Shown one piece after another: positions 55,206-64,000 of a stretch of 64,000 nucleotides of DNA. The notes below the pieces were generated by a model that saw only the letters and a program-made list of their open reading frames with translations, searched no databases and was not told the DNA's origin. Numbering within the stretch: the first letter of the stretch is position 1; each line of letters starts with the position of its first letter. A program made the translations under genes and the position numbers. Source of the DNA: Octopus vulgaris (taxonomy: Eukaryota); NCBI GenBank assembly GCA_951406725.2, contig OX597830.1:13764001-13828000 (forward strand), read 5' to 3'.

Positions 55206-55495
55206 ATGGTTGTATACTGTCAATCTAACAAGAACGTGACAGTAGGGGGTACACCACCGTTGTATAGCCCTAGGAGGCATCGAACGCCTCCTGACAGCTC
55301 CGACACGTTTTTTTTCTGTGTCCTTATATACATATACGAAGGGGAGACAAACACCCCCAACGGCCGGAACTGCATCTAGGGATACCGGGAAAAAATGTGT
55401 CGAAGCTGTCAGGAAGCGTTCGATGCCTCTTAGGGCTATACAACGGTGGTGTACCCCCTACTGTCACGTTCTTGTTAGATTGACAGCATAAAACC

Positions 55496-55498
<3 letters not shown>
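55206..55498. repeat. Inverted repeat, arms about 110 bp, inside (TA)n
   Basis: aatggttgtatactgtcaatctaacaagaacgtgacagtagggggtacaccaccg ... cggtggtgtaccccctactgtcacgttcttgttagattgacagcataaaaccatt. Confidence 0.9.
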
Positions 55499-55545
<47 letters not shown>

Positions 55546-56258
55546 ACTGGAGAATAGACATTGAAACAGAGAAGCAAACGCCTAACAAATCCAGATACTT
55601 CACTTGGTACGCTGATTGTTCGTAGCTACATCGATTCCCATGGTTTTTAGTATAAATATTGCATGGCGATATTTCTTTTTTTTTTTCATTTCAATGAAAA
55701 AGGTAGGTTTAGGATCGACAAGTGTGTGCTCAAGTCACTTGCAAATATTTCAACAACCTATGCTAACGCACGTAACATCCCAATTTTCCCACGCCCCACG
55801 TTGGGAAACACTGCTCTAGACCTCTTATTAAGATTTACTGTCTTAAACCTTACAGAAAATATCGAGTGGCGGCTACAAGTATTCGGTCTATTTGCATATC
55901 TTGACACACCGAATTGAACTCTCCCTAAAATATTCATTTGGTCGATGGTTAATTCAAGTCATGAGATCGGAGGCAACAAATCGACTGTAGAATTATTAAA
56001 CTATTCAATATATCATGGCGTGTATTACATATGAGTTGCATAACGCTTTATGAGATATGGAATAAAAATGTCCGTTTACGGAAAGAATTGTAATGTCAAT
56101 TTGGTTTTTCCCCCTCCTTTAAATTATATAAACACACATACATAAATACATACACATATATATGTATATATGTCTATGCGTGTATAGATATCTGTGTGTG
56201 TATATGTATATGGATATATTTACGTATACATATATGTATACAGAATATGTATACAATA

Positions 56259-56551
56259 GGCGCAGGAGTGGCTGTGTGGTAAGTAGCTTGCTAACCAACC
56301 ACATGGTTCCGGGTTCAGTCCCACTGCGTGGAATCTTGGGCAAGTGTCTTCTGCTATAGCCCCGGGCCGACCAATGCCTTGTGAGTGGATTTGGTAGACG
56401 GAAACTGAAAGAAGCCTGTCGTATATATGTATATATATATATATGTTTGTGTGTCTGTGTTTGTGTGTCTGTGTTTGTCCCCCCAACATCGCTTGACAAC
56501 CGATGCTGATGTGTTTACGTCCCCGTCACTTAGCGGTTCGGTAAAAGAGAG
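56259..56551 (+). mobile_element. SINE family B (tRNA head plus CORE-like domain), 3'-truncated
   Basis: ggcgcaggagtggctgtgtggtaag...cttgggcaagtgtctt, internal (TA)(TG) microsatellite. Confidence 0.88.
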
Positions 56552-57467
56552 AGAGAGAGAGTAATACTCATATACTAGCATTAGGATACTTACTATGTCT
56601 TAAAGTCTCAGGTATGTTATTTACATACATGGGATATAGGTAATTGTACCAGCTGTGTATTAATACAACTGATATTGAAACTATTATTTGTTTTTCAGCA
56701 GTTTGAATTATCTTCCCGCAAGCACACCTGTGCACAATACTTTGACTATATAGCATCCAACCTTCCAACCCAGTTCCTTTTCTTGCTTCTTCAAATTTAT
56801 CAATTGTTTTCTCTTTTCCGCTTCGATTTAAAGCTGTTTCTGCAGCCTTTTCCCCTTTTCTGTTTGAAGCGTACTTGCATTCGTGGATCTTCCCATTCAA
56901 AGTCTTGTCTGTGTGTTGCTTTTTCAGGAGTTCAAATTCCCTGTATTAGATTTTCTGCTGTCGTGTTTTGTCTTTCTAACATTTCCTCTCAGATTTTACA
57001 TTCTCTTGCTTTCCCTCTTCAGTAACTCTTTCGGTTTTGTTTTGCAATTTCAGGATTTTCTAAGCTACTACGGATGCGACCCCCGCCGTCAGGACGACGT
57101 TGCTTCTCATTGTGTGAGATTGTTGGTTTCCCTCCCTCTTACACTCTTGCTTTTACGAAAGGGAAATATCTCCCTCACATGCCCCAATCTCTTATCTTTT
57201 CTCTTTCTGTTTTCACCCCTCCTTCTCTTATCTCTTAATCGTCCATGGTAGTTATTCGTGTCCTGCTAACCTAAAACAGAACCAAATTCCTACTTACAAA
57301 ACAATAAAGGTTATTTTTAAAAGCAAAATCTTGAAGTGGAGTTTAGAAAAAAAATAATAAAGAACCTCCGAGTTTTTATTCTTTATTTCTGCGCACGATA
57401 AGATTCCGAAACATTTACATCACATATTCGTTCCATCCCTATCGAAAATTAGTGAAAGCCACATACA

Positions 57468-57494
57468 CTAGCGGGACCCGTGACTATTTCACGG
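57468..57494 (-). mobile_element. Isolated Helitron-like 3' terminus
   Basis: Minus strand hairpin CCGTGA-aatag-TCACGG followed by CTAG then T. Confidence 0.45.
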
Positions 57495-57712
57495 AATTAA
57501 TAGTAAACCTATTGGGTTATTCATGAAAACTTTATCCCAAAATCCTTAAAGAATACCCTGTGTTGTGTCCGTATCAACTATATGAAAATCTCCTCTTTTC
57601 CTTTCTGTCTTACTTGATACACAAAGACAAACACACAAGCATACACCTACAGGCGCATATATATGTATACGTATATCTATATCTATATATATGTATACGT
57701 ATATCTATTCTC

Positions 57713-58091
57713 TCTTTCTCTCATTACTTGTTTCAGTCATCTGACCGCGGCCATGCTGGAGCACCGCCTTTAATCGAGCAACTCGATCCCGGGACTTATT
57801 CTTTTGTAAGCCCAGCACTTATTCTATCGGTCTCTTTTGCCGAACCGCTAAGTAACGGGGACATAAACACACCAGCATCGGTTGTCAAGCAATGCTAGGG
57901 GGACAAACACAGACATATATATATATATATACATATATACGACGGGCTTCTTTCAATTTCCGTCTACCAAATCCACTCACAAGGCTTTGGTCGGCCCGAG
58001 GCTATAGTAGAAGACACTTGCCCAAGGTGCCACGCAGTGGGACTGAACCCGGAATCATGTGGTTGGTAAACAAGCTACTTACCACACAGCC
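57713..58091 (-). mobile_element. SINE family B, near full length
   Basis: Reverse complement of 60574-60985. Confidence 0.88.
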
Positions 58092-58492
58092 ATCGACATC
58101 ACATATAGAAGCATTATTAAAAGCTTAATTTTCACAAAAAATCCCGCATAAATGTGTTTACTTTAGGCTTTTGTCCTAAATGTTCCTTAAAGTTATCCAA
58201 TGGTATTAAAACTTACTCGACGGTAAAAATTATCGTTGCAGACGGTATACAGTCCGTCCCAACTGGATATGGTATATTTATCTGTTTATCAGTTAGAGTG
58301 CCAAGCAGTGTCTCTGTCTATCAGTCAATCAGTCTGTCGGTCTATCTATTTGTCTATCGGTCTCTAAACCTGTCTGTCTGCGTATCAGTCTATCTATCTG
58401 ACAGATAGTCAGATAGATAGATACATGTCTATTTGTGTGTCTATAATTTTGATTGCCTGTCTGTCTGTCTATCTTTCTATCTTTCTACCTAC

Positions 58493-58546
<54 letters not shown>

Positions 58547-58599
58547 GTCTGTCTGTCTGTCTGTCTGCCTGCCAGTCTGTCTGTCTGTCTGTCTGTCTC

Positions 58600-58660
<61 letters not shown>

Positions 58661-58910
58661 GTATCTATCTGCATGTAAATGTTTGTCTGTGTGTCTGTTG
58701 TACATGTGCCTAAGAGCATGAAAGCAAAATGACACAGATGTTGCTTTCTGAAAAAATATAAAATCTTGCTGTTATTGTTGACGGCACCAGTCAGTTCTAA
58801 TATATCAGACTAGATCTGAAAGACACTCTAGCCATGACCGCTCCCTCCTATTGCAGTCTATCTAATAGCTATACATCAGTTGAAACCTTATGTCGCAAAT
58901 TTGTGTTTTA

Positions 58911-59245
58911 TCTATATATATATAAAACTCAACTTGTGTGCGTATCTGTGTGTGTGTCTATGTGTTTAACTTCTCGGCACATCTCCTCCTAGCCAATAAA
59001 TCGTAGAACCACCAAAAATGGGTCACTTAAAGTTTAGGCAAATGAAAATTGAACTGCGCTATTTCTGTTCCGAAATTCATCTCGCAAGTGCAAAAATCGA
59101 TAATGTGTTTGTTTAGGCCTTATCCCATGCATTGAATAGTGAACTTTACTCAGTCAGCTGTTTGACTTGAACTGTATTCACCACGCGTGCAAGCATGCGT
59201 AAATTGCATGAAAAATAAAAATAAAAAGCCGGGCAATACTGCTAG
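58911..59245 (+). mobile_element. Non-autonomous Helitron
   Basis: A then TCTATATATATA 5' end; gccgggcaatactgCTAG then T 3' end; no TSD. Confidence 0.7.
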
Positions 59246-59396
59246 TTTCTTATAAAGTTAATTTTCTGGAGATGCAATATTGATGGCCGAAGCCTCTGTT
59301 ACAGGAGATAGAAAGCACTAGATAATATACAGGAGTGAGATAATACAGACGGGTCTAAAGAATATACGGATATGAATAATATAGAATATATAAGAA

Positions 59397-59780
59397 TCTC
59401 TCTATATATAAACGGCAGTTTGTCTGTGTGTGTTTCTGTGTGTCTGTTTGGTTGTACCCTCACCCTGACCACTGCTTTCAACCGATTCTGATGAAACTTG
59501 ACACACACATAGCCCAATGTCATAATTCAAAACTAACGCAGCGAAAATTTTGAAAAGTTCCCCCAGTTCTGAAAAAAATCGATAAATTCGACATGGGGTC
59601 GAGAATCAGAAACACAAACCACAGACTGACTAGGGGACGCAACTCGACCTTTTTTAACTCTCAAAAAAAAGTCACCATCATTTTTTTTCCATTTTTTGCT
59701 ATTTTTTGGCTATAACTCTCTAAAAATGCTTTATAGTTATTTCCCTTACAAACCTGAGCAACGCCGGGCGATACTGCTAG
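59397..59780 (+). mobile_element. Non-autonomous Helitron
   Basis: A then TC 5' end, subterminal hairpin cctgagcaacgccggg, gatactgCTAG then T 3' end. Confidence 0.8.
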
Positions 59781-60573
59781 TATATGAATATAAACAATAT
59801 AGAATAATCTAGATAATTTACAATGAAACATTTCTCAAACTGTCCCAACTAATAAACTTCCCTAGAGTCAGTGACAATAACATGATGAATAATTAATATC
59901 TTTGGTGATTACTTAAATATTTTTCCAAAGATAAAAGTTGTGTATACATTTATGACAAACCTTGTTTTATAATGATTGTACGATTTAATTTGAGCATACA
60001 ATTTAAAATATAATGAATTGGTTTGGAAGGAATAACTGCTATATTTATAGTAGTGCTTATCTTTTGGATATTTGTACTTCTAAGTCATCTTCTGTTGAAT
60101 TCTCTCGTTTTAATTGTTTTAAGTAAAATCAAAATAAAGCGCAGGGAAAATTTCTTCTGAAGCTTCTCTATCACTTTAATGACAAATAATCCCAGCAGCA
60201 TATTTACATTGAAGTAAACTTTTCTTTTCATCTGAAATTTGTCTTTAAGTAATTGATAGGATTATTTGAAAGATCTTTAAGAAAGAGATTTTGACAAATG
60301 TGCCATATCTAACTGATCGTTGAAGGTTTTAATTTAATTAAATAACGATAATTTAACTTTGTGATGACTGGGTAAAACTAAGAATGAATTTCTATGACTT
60401 CTTTGCAGTTCCTAAAATTTAGAAATATCTTTGATTTAAAAAAAAAAAAAGGAATTCCTATAAGTTTTAGTGGGGTTCATAAGCATGTCGCCGGAATTTC
60501 TGATAGATGTGTCTTTACTTTTTTTCTTTATTAATTTTTCTAGAAAATTCTAAACATTATTATTTATATCATA

Positions 60574-60985
60574 GGCGCAGGAGTGGCTGTGTGGTAAGTA
60601 GCTTGCTTACCAGCCACATGGTTCCGAGTTCAGTCCCGTTGCGCGGCATCTTGGGCAAGTGTCTTCTGCTATAGCCCCGAGCCGACCAATGCCTTGTGAG
60701 TTGATTTGGTAGACGGAAACTGAAAGAAGCCTGTCGTATATATGTATATATATATATAAGTGTGTGTGTATATGTTTGTGCGTCTGTGTTTGTCCCCCTA
60801 GCATTGCTTGACAACCGATGCTGGTGTGTTTATGTCCCCGTTACTTAGCGGTTCGGCAAAAGAGACCGATATAATAAGTACTGGGCTTACAAAGAATAAG
60901 TCCCGGGGTCGATTTGCTCGACTAAAGGCGGTGCTCCAGCATGGCCGCAGTCAAATGACTGAAACAAGTAAAAGAGTAAAAGAGT
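60574..60985 (+). mobile_element. SINE family B, full length
   Basis: tRNA-like head, CORE-like cttgggcaagtg, internal microsatellite, (gtaaaaga) tail. Confidence 0.9.
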
Positions 60986-62148
60986 ATATCTGTTTGGAAA
61001 TCTGTCAGTTTCTACCAGTTGTCCTCGAGTATTTTACTGAATATTTCTAATAAAATTATGTAAAATGTGGAATAAAACATGTAGGGTTTTGATTATGGAT
61101 AATGTATCTTAATTTGTGGTACTAAGATAGTTACTGAGTTTCAAGACCAGATGAAAAAGAAGTTAGTCCAGTTGGCAGAAACGGTTCACAACCATTACTA
61201 TTGAACATAAAATTTCCGTTATTGCACTGTATGTTAACTAGATTTTAAGGAGTTCTCTGATACCTCCAAAATCACCTTAAGGTACGTAATTTTGGACTGG
61301 TTTGTTATTAAGGTTATTTCGATAATGGGATTCACTATTTCGGACTTTCCTTACTTCAAAGAATACCAGATAAGCCACCCATAATTGGATACGACTCACC
61401 CAACAAGAACTCACTACTTGAACAAAACTTGACTTAAACAAAACTTGACTTAAACAGGATTCGAATAATCCTATCAGGTGGTGCTATTAAGTTAGACATG
61501 GCCTGGACCAATATTTGGTCGAAACATATCTAAGTTTATCTAAGTTTAATGTCAAAGTAATTGGATATAGTAATTGTCTGTTTGTCTTTCTACCTGATCT
61601 ACATATATCTACAAAGCAATGAATTAAGTACTGCGCAGTCTGTGGATGTATAAACTTTCGAATCTTACGAATGTATTCGCAAGTTTCAATGTATGCACGG
61701 ATATGCATTGTAATACAAATAACTGCATTGGAAGATAAAGGAGTAGAGATGCCAGTTATTGGAATCACTTCAGCAAAGAAGAGAAAACTGTTCTTTGTGT
61801 CATACTGCAGAGCAATGGATTTCGTTAATTCTATTCAAGAATATATATTTAGCTTGTCTGTAAAATATTTTGGTGGGCTTAACTGAAAGGAGATCAAACC
61901 CGTTTCTTGACCGAAACAGAATACATTTGAAATTAGTAGCATTATACTATCACATCTGAAGTATTTTGTTTAATTTCGAAGTTCCTCTGATGAAACATAT
62001 CATTTTAAGAACGTATATCAAGAAATTGAGAATTCAGGCTGTATTGATATTTCATACGAGAGTCGGACTGAAATGTTAATTTTGTTTTCTGATTTGATTG
62101 ATAATGAAGAGAGAATGTGACGTTTTGAAAGATGCTTAAATCTGTTTC

Positions 62149-62201
<53 letters not shown>

Positions 62202-62403
62202 AAGAAAGAAAGTGAAAGAGAGAGAGAGAGAGGAGAGCCTGTAGGTCCCTTAAAATGAAAGAGCACCCTTGCTTGTAATTCTGAAAATTTCCATTGAATC
62301 GTTATTTAATGAGACCCCGAGTCCATCACATGTTTGCTTTTTACTACCATTCTGGGAATTATAGTATTGCGATGTTCGAGCATTAATCTTAACATACAGT
62401 AAT

Positions 62404-62815
62404 GGGATCTTTTCGGTTTGAACGGCAGTTTTTAACATAATTTCTAGGTAACTAAAAGATTTGAAACTTCGTATACTGGTAGAATGTGTTTATAAAACAT
62501 CTTTCTCTCTTGGCTTTATTGAGAAAATTCTATAGTTTGTAAGACATTTGCTGTTTTTTTTCTTCAGTTTCTGCAATTTCAAACAATCAGTGACGTCTAT
62601 TCAGGTAAAAAACATTCTGTGCCGTATGAATATGTCCCTCGTTTAAGAAACAGATAGGGTTTATTTACATTTGTGAAGAAAAAAAGATACCCTCCCCCTA
62701 CCCCTAACCCTAAAAGAGATTGAAATGCAATAGATCGATTCTAGGGTCATAATTATGGGTGACAATTTCATATGACACCGCTAGAAAAAACTGCCGTTCA
62801 AACCGAAAAGTCCCC
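62404..62815. mobile_element. Complete MITE (CCCTAA-containing family)
   Basis: TIRs gggatcttttcggtttgaacggcag / ctgccgttcaaaccgaaaagtcccc; perfect 6-bp TSD agtaat. Confidence 0.9.
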
Positions 62816-63053
62816 AGTAATGTAAAGTGTAACTAGTCATGAATATCACGAAGATTGTTGCGTGGATTCGTTTCCTTGAAATAAGCAACTGAAGGATTAT
62901 CTTTTCCTGGAAAGGGCATTGACCTATCAATGGCAACATCCCAGATTATCCAATGTTTATTTCCAACAGATAGGGTATGTTTTAGCGTAATTAACCGTAC
63001 TGTCCAAAGTTATGATGAAACAATTTGCGTAAAAGTGAACTGAAGACCTATGG

Positions 63054-63390
63054 ATCATCATCATCATTGTTCGACCGTGGTCGAGACAATGGAATTTACT
63101 ATGCTACGCCAGACTTCACAGTCCATCATGGCTTTACGGAGGTCCTGTTGCTGGATGCCTGTATCCCTGGAGATTACATCAGGGTAGGAGAGTGTGCGCC
63201 CTCTGGTATCGCGAGCAGATGGCTTCCAGAGGAGAAGAGTAGAAATTACTTCTTTTTCAGCTCTACAACAATGTCCAGCAAACTGGACTCTCCTACCTTT
63301 CACAAGGGATGACACAGGTGGTAGTTTCCCATATATTTGCATTTTGGTTGGATGGCGCTTCCACGAGAGATTTTGAGCTCTCATATGAGA
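63054..63390 (-). mobile_element. RTE-group LINE 3' fragment
   Basis: SWKRHPTKMQIYGKLPPVSSLVKGRRVQFAGHCCR...; (TGA)n tail. Confidence 0.85.
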
Positions 63391-63926
63391 CCTATGGATA
63401 AGTAGTTCAATATTATGATCACTTCGGTATTTCACTATGAAATATTTATTAGGTGTTCATAGTATGATCTATGGAATATTTTATATGTATATACTTAACT
63501 TTCTTTTGGTTGCTTGCATTTAAACTTCAAACGTTTTCCGGGTTTATTTAAACTTTATGGCTAAAAAGAAAGAAAAGTAAAAGAGGAAATTTCATTATCT
63601 GAATAACCTGAATAATTTATTTTCTTTCCAAATAATAAAATAAACAATAAATAAATAAATAAACAAGCAAGCAATATTTTGGTGATAGTTTATTATTACC
63701 ATTTTCTTGCATTCCTATATACATATACTGACTATTTAGTCAAGAGATTTAGTTAAACTTATTATGAAGTATTATAAAAGTATTATGCAGTATAACGCCA
63801 TTAGCAAGCCTTGTAGAGTATGCTGTTTAACTTTGGCGTGCTGAGTCTACGACTTATTTTCCCTTCCCACATGTAAGTTTTTCACTAATACTTTTGTGAA
63901 AGATATGGAGGAGATACACATTCTTA

Positions 63927-64000
63927 TTAGGTTGTCCCAAAAGTTCGTAAACACTTGCGAAAATTGAATTTTTACTCGCCAAGTACTAACAAAAACAACA
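63927..64000. mobile_element. Start of a mariner-like element, cut by the window edge
   Basis: TA-TTAGGTTGTCCCAAAAGTTCG resembles mariner TIRs; other end not visible. Confidence 0.45.

Noticed and set aside
56568-57251. Overlapping 110-122 aa ORFs
   Set aside because: No recognisable domain or splice structure; possibly a decayed LINE 5' region
61487-61768. Possible hAT transposase remnant (...YLIHCF...)
   Set aside because: Similarity too weak to support by eye

Overview
AT-rich eukaryotic non-coding DNA, saturated with microsatellites ((TA)n, (CA)n, (TACA)n, (TAGA)n, (AAT)n, (CAT)n, (CTT)n, (GA)n) and transposon debris. The SINE families and repeat landscape look like an octopus (coleoid cephalopod) genome; that is an inference. 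I find no convincing host protein-coding exon. Nearly all listed ORFs are microsatellite translations, and the rest are mostly fragments of Tc1/mariner transposase, CR1-like, RTE and R4/Dong LINE proteins, or Penelope GIY-YIG endonuclease. The main signal is about nine hammerhead-ribozyme (HHR) motifs, folded by eye, belonging to at least five Penelope-like repeat families. They include (i) a family joining a tRNA-like Pol III head to an HHR-bearing body, (ii) a (TA)n-associated family whose three copies all have a non-canonical CUGUNGA core, and (iii) a truncated Penelope with inverted terminal repeats and a CUGAUGCG core. Coordinates were read by hand, and element boundaries without a target-site duplication (TSD) are approximate.
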